A stretch of DNA of 64,000 nt, from the NCBI GenBank assembly GCA_963712115.1, contig CAVQGX010000032.1, positions 32,001 to 96,000 on the forward strand, written 5' to 3'. This document shows, in pieces, positions 19,157 through 29,251 of the stretch (position 1 is the stretch's first letter; every line of letters starts with the position of its first letter). Made by a program: the position numbers and the translations under genes. The notes below the pieces were generated by a model. It saw only the letters and a program-made list of their open reading frames with translations, was not told the DNA's origin and did no database searches. Source of the stretch: an uncultured delta proteobacterium (lineage in GTDB: Bacteria > Desulfobacterota > Syntrophobacteria > BM002).

Positions 19157-19382
19157 TAGCCCATATATTTCTCCAAACGGTGTCGCGAGACCGTGAAGAT
19201 GGCTGTGCTACCGGGCAATCCCGCGGTACCGCGGGATTGGACCCGAGGCGCACTTGGAAAGTACGTCGCAGGGTCCGAAACCCGAGGACATGCGGCTTCC
19301 GGCTCGTAGAGCCTACAACTCGGAGAGAAGAACAACCATATTCGCGGTCCGCCTAAGGCGGATTAGCGAAATATACGGGCTA
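19157..19382 (+). repeat. Rod-like structured element with terminal inverted repeats (MITE-like or ncRNA), copy A
   Basis: TIRs TAGCCCATATATTTC / GAAATATACGGGCTA; core shared with 48725-48908; contains a 24-bp perfect palindrome at 19216-19239. Confidence 0.78.
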
Positions 19383-22019
19383 AAAGAAAACGCCCATAGA
19401 GAACTGCCACTTGCTCTGTGGATCTCCCTTGCCTTTGTCTGGATTGTAGCCATACTCAAGCCTTAAAGGCCCCATGGGGGAGTACCATCTTATGCCGAAG
19501 CCGATGGCATACTTCAAATCATTTAAGTCAATATTATCCCCATTGTCGTAGGAATTGCCTGCATCAAAGAAGATTACCCCTCTAACCCCCTGCTCCTTTA
19601 CGAGAGGAAAGAGGAACTCCGTATTGAAGAGCACCATTTTGTTTCCACCTATACGATCGTTTGTTTCAGGATCCCTGGGGCTTATCTGTCCTGAACCGAA
19701 AGATCTAATTGAGTTTATCCCACCTAGGTAGAAGCGTTCATAAATGGGTACTTCTCCATTGTTCTCCACAATATATCCAGTCTTGCCATGCAAAAATCCC
19801 ACACAGTCCCAAAAGAGGGGGAAATACCAGCTCGAGTTGACTTCGCCCTTAATGAAGCCGGCATCCCCGCCGAGGAATCCTCCAGCGTAGTCCACTGTTA
19901 AACTGTTGTCTGATCCCCGGGTGGTAAGAAAATGGTGGTCTCTACTATCTCTTCTCAAGGTGGAGCTAAGGGAACTGGTGACAAGTTTCCCTTCTTGGTC
20001 TTTGATCACCTGGGCTGCGTCGGAAGAAATATTTGATATGTTTGCGTCGTCGTAAATATACGAGAGGTAGAGCCTGGTGTAATCCCAGACTGGATAACCG
20101 AAAGCGGTCCTTCCTCCCCAGCTGGTCTTTTGATACTCATCATAGTCCCTAGACCAGTTATAGGCCTCGATTGTCATGGAAAGAGGAATGTCGAACAGCC
20201 ATGGCTCGGTAAACTTCAGGGAAAAGGTGTTGGAAGTGGTCCCCACGTTGGCAGTAAACGCTAGATCCTGACCGCGGCCGAAGAGATTTTTTTCGGCAAC
20301 CTGCCCTTGGAAGAAGACTTGGTCTGCCGAACTGTAGCCGGCTCCCGCAGAGATATGTCTTGTGGGCTTTTCCTTGATTTTTACATCAACATCCATTTTG
20401 TCGGCTGTCTTCCCCTTTCTGGTATCTAGTTCTGCCGATTCGAAAAAGTCAAGTCTCTGCAAATTACGAACACTTCTTTCCAAATCGGCCTTACTGTAAC
20501 GTGCCCCCTCAACCACCCTTAACTGGCGCCTGATGACCTTGTCACGAGTCTTGGTATTGCCGCTAATATTAATCCTAGCAAAATCGACTATCTCACCTTT
20601 GTTGATCTCATAGTCAACATTTACAACTTGGTGCGTCTCGTCCTTGTCAATTTTTGGTGCCACCTCGGCAAAAGCGTAGCCCCGCGAGGTGAAGAAATCT
20701 GTAAGATTCTGAAGATCCTTTGCCAGAGCTTCACGGTTAAAGTACTTTTGATCAGACAGTTCGATAATGCTGAGAAGGTTTATCTTTGGCTCAATATCTT
20801 TCCCGCTCACGTCCACTTTACCCACCCGGAATCGACGGCCCTCATCGATGGGAAAATTGATGTAAATTCCCTCTTCATCGTAAGTAGCCTCAGGCCTTCC
20901 CACCCTGACATCCATGAAACCATGATTGAGGTAGAAGGCGGCGAGCCTATCTGAATCCACCTCGAGCCTCTCTCGTTTTAGAATCCCCGATTCAGTGAGC
21001 CAGAAGAACATACCCCTCTCGGAGGTCTGGATTATATCTTTGAGCTCATCATCCGAGAAGTGCTGATTGCCGGCGAAGGTAATCCTCTGGACATGGAGCT
21101 TCTTTTTCTCCTTGATGCTGAAGGCAACATCTACACGGTTTCCCTCGAGAGACTCCACTTCATAGGTAACCTCTGCATCATAGTAGCCTTTGTCCCGATA
21201 GAGCCCCCGAATTTTCTCCACGTCTTCCTTTAAAACTGAGCGCTGGAGTATACTGTATTGTCGGGTGGTCATAGCAGCTTGAAGGTCTTCTTCTGGTATG
21301 ACTTTGGCGCCACGGATAGTAACTTGGTTAATGGTGGGCTTTTCTGCCACCACAAAGACCACATCCTCTCCCTGTGGCGTTTCTTCGGCCTCAATGCGGA
21401 CCTCCTTGAAATAGCCCATCTTGTAGATCGCTGTCAAATCCTGGCGCAGTTTGGCTTGATCGAAGAGATCACCGCTTTTGGTTTTTATATTGAGTCTAAT
21501 GGCCTCGGTTTCGATACGCTCGTTGCCGGCCACCGAAACCCTGTTGATTTTTTTCCTTCTCAATATGCGTATGCCAACCTCATCTGAAAGATCAGACACT
21601 GCGCTGGCAAGGTTTTCCAACCCTTCTTGGGTTACATAGATGGAGGCCGTGGGACGCTGATTGTTGACATCCACCAGCCGCACATCAAAACTAATTTGCT
21701 CTCCTATCTTACTCACGCTTCCATATAAGACAAAATTAGTTTGCAACTCTGCGCCGACTTTCCGAGCCTGAACATCCGACATTTCTCGAACCGCCAACGA
21801 CGGCTTTTCTTCTAAGATCTCGAGAGCGGACACCGGTTGGAATCCTTGCTGCCTAAGGGTTCTAACCATCATGTCCATTAATGGTTTGCGTAGATGACTA
21901 AGGTCATCCTCGCTGTAAAAGCTGAGGGGGATGACGGCAAGTCGTATGGCTCGGGAATAGAGCGGCTGGGGCCAGACGAGAGACAGTCCCAGAAGAACAA
22001 ATAGAAGGCGAAATTTCAC
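19380..22019 (-). CDS. bamA: Outer membrane protein assembly factor BamA with an extra N-terminal domain
   Basis: POTRA repeats, GNTKTRDKVIRR, YLGGINSIRSF, WYSPMGPLR and C-terminal F. Confidence 0.96.
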   Translation of the reverse strand: MKFRLLFVLLGLSLVWPQPLYSRAIRLAVIPLSFYSEDDLSHLRKPLMDMMVRTLRQQGFQPVSALEILEEKPSLAVREMSDVQARKVGAELQTNFVLYGSVSKIGEQISFDVRLVDVNNQRPTASIYVTQEGLENLASAVSDLSDEVGIRILRRKKINRVSVAGNERIETEAIRLNIKTKSGDLFDQAKLRQDLTAIYKMGYFKEVRIEAEETPQGEDVVFVVAEKPTINQVTIRGAKVIPEEDLQAAMTTRQYSILQRSVLKEDVEKIRGLYRDKGYYDAEVTYEVESLEGNRVDVAFSIKEKKKLHVQRITFAGNQHFSDDELKDIIQTSERGMFFWLTESGILKRERLEVDSDRLAAFYLNHGFMDVRVGRPEATYDEEGIYINFPIDEGRRFRVGKVDVSGKDIEPKINLLSIIELSDQKYFNREALAKDLQNLTDFFTSRGYAFAEVAPKIDKDETHQVVNVDYEINKGEIVDFARINISGNTKTRDKVIRRQLRVVEGARYSKADLERSVRNLQRLDFFESAELDTRKGKTADKMDVDVKIKEKPTRHISAGAGYSSADQVFFQGQVAEKNLFGRGQDLAFTANVGTTSNTFSLKFTEPWLFDIPLSMTIEAYNWSRDYDEYQKTSWGGRTAFGYPVWDYTRLYLSYIYDDANISNISSDAAQVIKDQEGKLVTSSLSSTLRRDSRDHHFLTTRGSDNSLTVDYAGGFLGGDAGFIKGEVNSSWYFPLFWDCVGFLHGKTGYIVENNGEVPIYERFYLGGINSIRSFGSGQISPRDPETNDRIGGNKMVLFNTEFLFPLVKEQGVRGVIFFDAGNSYDNGDNIDLNDLKYAIGFGIRWYSPMGPLRLEYGYNPDKGKGDPQSKWQFSMGVFF

Positions 22020-22040
22020 AACTTACTCGCTCTCCGCAGG

Positions 22041-22730
22041 TCACTCGATCTCGTTCAGCAATCCGTCCTTCATATGCAACTGTCTTTGCATCATGCCTGC
22101 AAGTTCCATATTGTGGGTAACGACAACCAAACTCACTTTTTGTTCCTGGTTGAGACGAAGCAGAAATTCGTGAATGTTCCGACTGCTTCTAGTGTCCAAG
22201 TTGCCCGTGGGCTCATCCGCGAGAAGCACCTTTGGATTCAACACCAAAGCCCTTGCAACAGCAACCCTCTGTTGCTCGCCTCCAGAAAGTTCTCCAACAC
22301 GATGTTGAGTACGGTGGCTCAAGCCAACCAGATCCAAAACGTACTGGGCGCTCTCTCTTGATTTTTTTTTGCTCATTCGTCCGATGAGTGGCGGTAACAT
22401 GACATTTTCCAATGCGGTAAACTCAGAGAGCAGATGGTGGAACTGAAAGACAAAGCCAATACTGCAGTTACGGTAGGCCGCCAGTTGGGTCTCGGAGAAT
22501 GTTAACACATTAACTCCTTCATAGATAACCTCACCAGCACTAGGTCTCTCCAGAGTTCCCAAAATGTGAAGCAGTGTGGTTTTTCCCACTCCGGAAGCGC
22601 CAACCACCGCAATGCTCTCCTGCCCTGAGAGGGTGAGATCGATACCGCGCAATACATCCACCCGCCGTTCGCCGCTGCCGAAATGTTTATGAACTCCCTT
22701 TACCTGGAGAATGGGCTCGGCGCTATTCAT
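22041..22730 (-). CDS. lolD: Lipoprotein-releasing ABC transporter ATPase
   Basis: GASGVGKTT, GFVFQFHHLL, LSGGEQQR and ADEPTGNLD. Confidence 0.92.
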   Translation of the reverse strand: MNSAEPILQVKGVHKHFGSGERRVDVLRGIDLTLSGQESIAVVGASGVGKTTLLHILGTLERPSAGEVIYEGVNVLTFSETQLAAYRNCSIGFVFQFHHLLSEFTALENVMLPPLIGRMSKKKSRESAQYVLDLVGLSHRTQHRVGELSGGEQQRVAVARALVLNPKVLLADEPTGNLDTRSSRNIHEFLLRLNQEQKVSLVVVTHNMELAGMMQRQLHMKDGLLNEIE

Positions 22731-23967
22731 AGCGGATGGCCTCCGCTGGGTCAAGTCGTGAAGCTTGCCAGGCCGGATACAAAGTTGCCGCTAGGCTGAT
22801 GACCATTGCAGCCACGGCAATGAGAGCTAGGTCTACTGGGTCCATCTTAACCGGCAGGGTGGATATATAGTAAACATCCTGAGGCAGTTCAATGAACTTG
22901 TAGGTTGCTAGAAGTTCGCAGAGGGTGTAGCCACCCAAGACTCCGAGTATAGTTCCCACCAAACCTATAATTGCCCCCTCGATCATAAAAATCTTCATGA
23001 TGCTCCTGCGGGTGGCCCCCATGGACTTGAGGATGGCAATATCCCTGGTCTTCTCTAGAACAACCATGATCAAAGTGCCAACAATGTTGAAAGCAGCCAC
23101 TAAAATGATCAAAGTAAGGATGATGAACATAACTATTTTTTCCAACTTCAGAGCAGAGAAAAGGTTCTTATTCATCCTCATCCAGTCCCTGCTCCAGTAG
23201 GGATATCCTTCCAGGGCTTTGCCGATGGCCTTAGCCACCCGGCCCGCCTCATAAATATCAGACACCCGCACTTCAATGCCAGTGACTCGATCCCCAATGC
23301 CGAGAAAGCGCTGCGCAGCCCACAGGGACACATAGGCTAAGGTAGAGTCGTATTCGTACATTCCCGAGTCGAATATGCCCGTCACCCTGAAAGTCTGGCT
23401 ACGAGGCACTTGGCCAAGGGGAGTGAGACGGCCTAGGGGAGAGATCACCGTCACTGGCTCTCCCTGCGACACACCCAGATTCCTCGCGAGTTCGTTACCC
23501 ACAATGATTCCTGGGGTGCCTATGGGCCCGCTCAATCCATCTTCAGCTGCCAAATCTTTGAGGCTGCCGGCACGCAAATTTTTTGGCAGATTGATGACCT
23601 TGCTGGCCGTATCGGGATCGATACCTCTCAGCACCGCTCCTGATATGGCCTGGCGCGAACTGATCATTACCTGGGTATAGATGAAAGGCGTGGCAGCAGC
23701 TACCCCTGACACCTCTTCCACCTTCGTTTTCACTTCCTCGTACTTGGAAATGTTGCCGTCAAAACGGGAAATCACCACATGGGAGGTAACTCCGAGGATC
23801 TTGTCCCGGAGATCTTCTTTGAAGCCGTTCATCACTGCCAGAACCACAATAAGCGCGGTCACGCCGACCGTAACCCCGGCAATAGAAATTATAGTAATGA
23901 GTGAGACAAAGGTCTGTTTGCGTTTGGCCTTTAGATAACGGAGACCTATGAAAAGTTCGTAGGACAT
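22723..23967 (-). CDS. lolE: Lipoprotein-releasing ABC transporter permease LolC/E
   Basis: LRYLKAKRK, VLAVMNGF, DIAILKSMGA and PAEAIRYE. Confidence 0.92.
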   Translation of the reverse strand: MSYELFIGLRYLKAKRKQTFVSLITIISIAGVTVGVTALIVVLAVMNGFKEDLRDKILGVTSHVVISRFDGNISKYEEVKTKVEEVSGVAAATPFIYTQVMISSRQAISGAVLRGIDPDTASKVINLPKNLRAGSLKDLAAEDGLSGPIGTPGIIVGNELARNLGVSQGEPVTVISPLGRLTPLGQVPRSQTFRVTGIFDSGMYEYDSTLAYVSLWAAQRFLGIGDRVTGIEVRVSDIYEAGRVAKAIGKALEGYPYWSRDWMRMNKNLFSALKLEKIVMFIILTLIILVAAFNIVGTLIMVVLEKTRDIAILKSMGATRRSIMKIFMIEGAIIGLVGTILGVLGGYTLCELLATYKFIELPQDVYYISTLPVKMDPVDLALIAVAAMVISLAATLYPAWQASRLDPAEAIRYE

Positions 23968-24009
23968 ATCAGAAATGGTTCCGAGCAAGCTTATGCGGTT
24001 GCCAGATTA

Positions 24010-24207
24010 AACCCCAAAGACCACCCAGGAAGTTTGAGATTCCAGATTGAAAAGTTACCTAAGTAGGAACTAGAAGATTCCGCAATCCCTGCCCGCCTGC
24101 CACGCCTGAATCCGCCTCAGGCGGGCGATGTCGGGCAGGCAAGGCGAGGCGGGTGCAATCTACAATCAGCAATCTGAAATTCCAACCCTTTGTGTTTCTT
24201 TGTGATT
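24010..24207. repeat. Composite palindromic element, filled allele with a nested GC-rich cassette
   Basis: 67-bp insert at 24088-24154 flanked by GCAATC direct repeats (24082-24087 and 24155-24160). Confidence 0.8.
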
Positions 24208-24278
24208 TTGCCCATTGGCTCCTATTACACCCAGCTTTTTCTGATGCCAGTTGCCCGAACCGCAGGATCTGTGGCCGT

Positions 24279-25769
24279 CTAACGACTTGCTCCGCTCTCT
24301 GGCCTCAGGTGGGGAAACAGAATAACTTCCCGGATAGAAGGCAGGTCTGTAAACAACATAACTAATCGATCAATACCCACCCCCTCCCCCGCAGCGGGAG
24401 GCATGCCATATTCCAGGGCGCGAATGTAATCCTCATCCATAAAATGTGCCTCTTCATCGCCTGCCTTCCGTGCCTCCACCTGCTGGAGAAACCTCTCCCT
24501 CTGGTCCACTGGATCATTGAGTTCAGAAAAACCGTTGGCAATCTCATAGCCAGCTATGAAGAGCTCAAATCTATCTACCAAGGAAGGATCATCCTGATTG
24601 CGTCGTGAAAGTGGCGACACATCAAGAGGGTAGTGAGTAATAAACGTTGGTTGTTCCAGCTTCGGTTCAACCAAGAGATCAAATAGTTTGGTTACAATCT
24701 TTCCACTCTCTTGTCCAGCTGCAGTTATTCCCAGGGATTCAGCTCTTTCCCTCAGCTTTGTCTCATCTTCCACTTCACTGGATTCAATACCCCCAAAGGT
24801 CGCGAGCGCCTCTTTTAAGCTGTACCGTGGCCAAGGTGGGCTAAGATCAATTTCTTTGCCTTGGTAGGTTAGCTTCAGGCTACCATTTAATTCCCGGGCT
24901 ATGGTGCAGACCATCTCCTCGGTAAAGGGCATAAGGTCCTCATATGTGGCATAGGCCTGGTAGAACTCCAGCATGGTGAATTCTGGATTGTGCTGGAAGG
25001 ATATCCCCTCGTTACGAAAATTGCGATTTATCTCAAAAACTCGCTCCAAGCCACCTACAAGCAGTCTTTTCAAATAGAGCTCAGGGGCAATACGGAGATA
25101 CAAATCGATTCCCAGGGCGTTATGAAAAGTCTTGAAAGGACGGGCAGCGGCTCCACCCGGGATAGGCTGCATCATCGGGGTTTCTACCTCGATAAACCCA
25201 TGACCTCTCATAAAATCCTGTATTTTCTGAATAATCTTGGATCTCTTGATAAATACCTCTCGGACGCTGTCATTGACCATAAGATCAAGGTAGCGTTGAC
25301 GATACCTGATTTCCACATCCCGCAGCCCGTGCCATTTTTCCGGCAAGGGTCGCAGGCTTTTGCTCAGTATTCTTACCTCCTGGGCCAGCAGTGTGAGTTC
25401 ACCCGCATGGGTGCGAAATACAGTTCCCTTGGCGCCGACAAAATCACCAATGTCCATTTTTTTGAAAAGTTCATACTCCTCTTTACCAATCACATCTCTT
25501 TTTATATAGACCTGGAGTTGGCCGCTTCCATCCTTGATGTGTATAAAGGTTGCTCGGCCAAAAGATCGCATGGACATAATACGGCCGGCACAGACGAAAA
25601 TCCTTTCCTCCTGTGCTAAGGTCTCCTCGCTCTTATCTTCGAAGCGGTCCCTAATATCTGCCAGGCGATCCTCAACCTGAAAATCATTCGGATACAATTC
25701 AACGCCAGCCTGTCGCAACTCTTTCGCCTTTTGTTTTCGCTGACGTAATACCTGGCTTTCTTCGCTCAT
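24279..25769 (-). CDS. lysS: Lysine--tRNA ligase (class II)
   Basis: RYRQRYLDL, YLRIAPELYLKRL, FRNEG, HNPEFT and GIDRLVM. Confidence 0.98.
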   Translation of the reverse strand: MSEESQVLRQRKQKAKELRQAGVELYPNDFQVEDRLADIRDRFEDKSEETLAQEERIFVCAGRIMSMRSFGRATFIHIKDGSGQLQVYIKRDVIGKEEYELFKKMDIGDFVGAKGTVFRTHAGELTLLAQEVRILSKSLRPLPEKWHGLRDVEIRYRQRYLDLMVNDSVREVFIKRSKIIQKIQDFMRGHGFIEVETPMMQPIPGGAAARPFKTFHNALGIDLYLRIAPELYLKRLLVGGLERVFEINRNFRNEGISFQHNPEFTMLEFYQAYATYEDLMPFTEEMVCTIARELNGSLKLTYQGKEIDLSPPWPRYSLKEALATFGGIESSEVEDETKLRERAESLGITAAGQESGKIVTKLFDLLVEPKLEQPTFITHYPLDVSPLSRRNQDDPSLVDRFELFIAGYEIANGFSELNDPVDQRERFLQQVEARKAGDEEAHFMDEDYIRALEYGMPPAAGEGVGIDRLVMLFTDLPSIREVILFPHLRPESGASR

Positions 25770-25794
25770 GTCTAAGCCTCACAGGAACAACAAA

Positions 25795-25918
25795 AATAAA
25801 CCACGGAGAGCACAGAGACCACAGAGAGAGTTTAAATCTAGAGAATACTCCTTGGATTTCGGAGTACTGGCTCTATCTATATAAATCTCTGTGCACTCTG
25901 TGTTCTCTGTGGTTTATT
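25795..25918. repeat. 9-mer (CACAGAG) palindromic element in the lysS leader
   Basis: 33-bp inverted arms with 4 mismatches (AATAAACCACGGAGAGCACAGAGACCACAGAGA). Confidence 0.85.
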
Positions 25919-25974
25919 CTCACAGCGTTTCCGCGGGAACAACGGATTGGGTTTTGAGAACCTAGAAACGCGTT

Positions 25975-26003
25975 ACCTTAAATCATTTACCCGGTTCAGT
26001 CAA
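25975..26003 (-). promoter_or_regulatory. Putative sigma70 promoter for lysS and the envelope operon
   Basis: TTGACT-17 nt-TAAGGT on the minus strand. Confidence 0.55.
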
Positions 26004-26173
26004 GCACTATAGGCAGCAGGAGTTTTCCCTGTCTTCAGCCAATGACGGCTGTTCAGAGGATGACAAAGTTCTTAACTATGGTTGGTATTGGCGAATTTAG
26101 ATGGTGGAAGCGGCTGCCTCATAAAGCTCAATGGTGAACCATGGATAAAATGGGGAAACTCCTAGCCCGGAGG

Positions 26174-27892
26174 TCACTCTCTGGGGTTCTCCTCTGCCAG
26201 AGGAAAGTGGAGTATAAAGTTAGTACCACTGCGTCCGTCGCTCTCCAGGAAGATCTGACCACCATAGTCTTCCACGATCCGGTGAACGATGGTTAGGCCA
26301 AGTCCTGTTCCTTGGTCCTTGGTGGTAAAGAAAGGATCAAACACCTTACCCTGATTCTCCCTTAGAATGCCAGGGCCCGTGTCCGCAATTGAGATTTCGG
26401 CCAACTTTTGCTCAACCTCACCCCCACTACGATTTGTGCGAACGGCAGTGGCAATAGTAAGAATACCGCTGTTTGTCATTTCTTGCACTGCATTTAGCAC
26501 TAAATTCCAGATCACTTGCTGGAGTCTCTGGGCATCAATGTAGACCCATAGATTATTGGTCAGATTTTTTTCTATTCGAATAGGCCGAGAGAGCTCGGGA
26601 CTATTTTTCAGCATCTCCAAAGTGTCTTTAATGACCTCGTTCACTTCAACCGATTGGTCCACGGTTTTTTCCGGTCGAGAAAAAAGGAGAAACTCATTTA
26701 CCAGTGCGTTGAGCCTCTCGGCTTCCCTCATGGTAATGTCCATGAGTCGCTGCTGCATAGGACCAAATTCCAACTCGTCTCTGAGCATCTGGATTGAGCC
26801 ACTGAGCGAAGCAAGAGGGTTCTTGATCTCATGGGCAATACCGGCTGCAAGTTCCCCGGCTACAGCCAATCGGTCCATCCTTCGCACCTGCTCCTGCATC
26901 TGGCGAAATTCGGTTAGATCCTGAAAAATCAAGATCAAGCCCATCTCGTCTCCGGTTGGGTCCCTAAGGATCGACTGCAAAAAGCCGAGATGCAGTTTGG
27001 TACCGTCTTGCCGCTCGAAATCGATGTCAATCCCCTTCTGCCTATGGGTCATATCAATATTGCCACCCCTTTTAAGGCTAAGAGACAAATACGGGACAAT
27101 TTTCGGGAAAATATCACCGATATGGCTGCCCTCCAGTTCATCATAGCCCGATCCAGAAATCACCTCGGCTGCTGGATTAACGTAGGTTATTTTCAGTTTA
27201 TCATTCAGAGTTATGAGGCCAGTGCTCATGCTTTGGACAATATTGCGGTGGAGCAATTCGAGCTGATCCAGATCGTATTGTTTAGCTTTCAGCTTGACGC
27301 TGCTGCGGCGAAGCTCCTCTGCCAAGTAACTACTCAGCAAGGCTACGACATAAAAGGCGGCTATGTTCATAAGCAAAGTATAGAAATAGTAGCCGATACT
27401 GTATGTCATCAGCCCGGTAGCTCGGGTGTAGAATGGATGGATAATGTTGAAATACTGCAGATCCAGCAGGGAGCCGTAGCAGATGCTGCTGGCCGAGGCG
27501 ATGAGGAGGCCTCCTCGACGATAGAGCATGATCGCTGCATTGATGATCGCGAGGATGTACATGAAAGAGAAGATGCTCTCAATGCCTCCGGTGACATAGA
27601 TCAGTGCTGTGACAAAAAGGACGTCTAGAAGGATTTGCACATAGGCGAAGAGAATGTGCTTTCTGATGCGGTTGAGCAACAGGGCGTAGCAAAGAGTCAA
27701 AAAGTAGATTACCCCAGTAAGGATATAGAGAGAGAGAAGTGAGGTGTTAAAGAAGGTAGGATAGGCTCTGGCCTGAACAACGACAGTGGCGACCAGCAAA
27801 AAAGTGGCAAAGAGCAACCTGAGAAGCATAAGCCACTTGATCTTACTCAGAAGCTCTTTGCTCTCTGTCGAATCCTGTCCCAATTCAGACAT
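26174..27892 (-). CDS. pilS: PilS-type sensor histidine kinase (TM, PAS, HisKA, HATPase)
   Basis: TGGIESIFSFMY, AHEIKNPL, WNLVLNA, DTGPG and FFTTK...GTGLGL; follows pilC. Confidence 0.88.
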   Translation of the reverse strand: MSELGQDSTESKELLSKIKWLMLLRLLFATFLLVATVVVQARAYPTFFNTSLLSLYILTGVIYFLTLCYALLLNRIRKHILFAYVQILLDVLFVTALIYVTGGIESIFSFMYILAIINAAIMLYRRGGLLIASASSICYGSLLDLQYFNIIHPFYTRATGLMTYSIGYYFYTLLMNIAAFYVVALLSSYLAEELRRSSVKLKAKQYDLDQLELLHRNIVQSMSTGLITLNDKLKITYVNPAAEVISGSGYDELEGSHIGDIFPKIVPYLSLSLKRGGNIDMTHRQKGIDIDFERQDGTKLHLGFLQSILRDPTGDEMGLILIFQDLTEFRQMQEQVRRMDRLAVAGELAAGIAHEIKNPLASLSGSIQMLRDELEFGPMQQRLMDITMREAERLNALVNEFLLFSRPEKTVDQSVEVNEVIKDTLEMLKNSPELSRPIRIEKNLTNNLWVYIDAQRLQQVIWNLVLNAVQEMTNSGILTIATAVRTNRSGGEVEQKLAEISIADTGPGILRENQGKVFDPFFTTKDQGTGLGLTIVHRIVEDYGGQIFLESDGRSGTNFILHFPLAEENPRE

Positions 27893-27898
27893 GATTGA

Positions 27899-29110
27899 TC
27901 AGCCGCCCACTGCCCCGGCCATTTGAAATATGGGCAGATACATAGAGACTACTAAGCCACCGATGGTTCCACCCAGGAAAACCATCATGAATGGCTCAAG
28001 CATAGCGGTAAGAGCATCCACGGCTGCGTCAACTTCGTCATCATAAAAGTCCGCAATTTTTGCCAACATTGTATCCAAGGCACCAGTGGCCTCACCCACC
28101 GAAATCATCTGCACCACCATGGATGGGAAGACCTCACTGTCTGCCAGAGGCTCAGCAATAGTTCGGCCCTCACTAATGCTTTGCCTGGTTTCGCGGAGAG
28201 CCTCTTCTATGGTCTTATTACCAGCTGTGGCTGCAACTATGTCCAGACTATCCAGAATCGGCACGCCACTACTTATCATAGTACCGAGGGTGCGAGTAAA
28301 TTTGGCCACTGCAACCTTGCGGAGGAGCATGCCAAAAACCGGTGTCTTGAGAACCAAGCTGTCCACAAGCGCCCGGCCTTTTTCCGTTTTGTAAAATCGC
28401 CTGAAGAGAAATACCAACACAACCACGCCCACTATCATGTAAAGGATGTAGTACTTGACAAAATTACTTATAGCTACAACTATCTGGGTTGGCAACGGCA
28501 GAGCCTTGCCAAAGTCAGCAAACATTGACTGAAAAACGGGGATAACAAAAATGAGAATGACTGCCACCACTAAAACTGCAATACACATGACCACGATGGG
28601 ATAGGTCATGGCTCCTTTGACCTTCTTTTTGAGCTTAGACGCCTTCTCTATATAAGCGGCCAATCGATTCAGGATAATATCTAGAATACCGCCGATCTCG
28701 CCAGCGGCCACAAGATTAACAAATAAATCATCAAATACTTCAGGATGTTGCTTCAGCGCATCGGCAAAGGTGGACCCCTCCTCAACGTCCTCCTTTATGT
28801 TCTTGAGTATCCTCTTGAAGGTCCGGTTCTCTTGCTGACCGTAGAGAATTTCAAGACATTGCACCAGCGGCAGACCAGCATCTATCATGGTGGCGAACTG
28901 GCGGGTCATAACAACTATGTCTTTTTCGGTCACCCTGGGCTGAAGAAACTTGACGTTTTCAAATAAGTCTTTGGGTTTCGGTTTGATTGTGGTAGGCTCA
29001 ATACCCTGACGTCTGAGGGTGAGGCGAACAAAGTTTTCGCTCTCAGCCTCCATTTCACCCTTCTTCTTCTTTCCTTTGCGGTTGACACCTTTCCATACGA
29101 ATTCTGGCAT
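27899..29110 (-). CDS. pilC: Type IV pilus inner-membrane platform protein
   Basis: TRQFATMIDAGLPL, AGEIGGILD, GEATGALD and MYLPIF. Confidence 0.95.
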   Translation of the reverse strand: MPEFVWKGVNRKGKKKKGEMEAESENFVRLTLRRQGIEPTTIKPKPKDLFENVKFLQPRVTEKDIVVMTRQFATMIDAGLPLVQCLEILYGQQENRTFKRILKNIKEDVEEGSTFADALKQHPEVFDDLFVNLVAAGEIGGILDIILNRLAAYIEKASKLKKKVKGAMTYPIVVMCIAVLVVAVILIFVIPVFQSMFADFGKALPLPTQIVVAISNFVKYYILYMIVGVVVLVFLFRRFYKTEKGRALVDSLVLKTPVFGMLLRKVAVAKFTRTLGTMISSGVPILDSLDIVAATAGNKTIEEALRETRQSISEGRTIAEPLADSEVFPSMVVQMISVGEATGALDTMLAKIADFYDDEVDAAVDALTAMLEPFMMVFLGGTIGGLVVSMYLPIFQMAGAVGG

Positions 29111-29251
29111 GGTCGCTCCTTTTCAAACCTCGGGGCTCCGCCCCAATTGCAACTTTGGAATAGGGGAGGATTGGTTAGCCAGACAATAGTCCAGACCTTG
29201 AGAATATGGCTCTGATTCGAGCAGTCAGTAAGAGGTCCCCTACCCTGGAGA

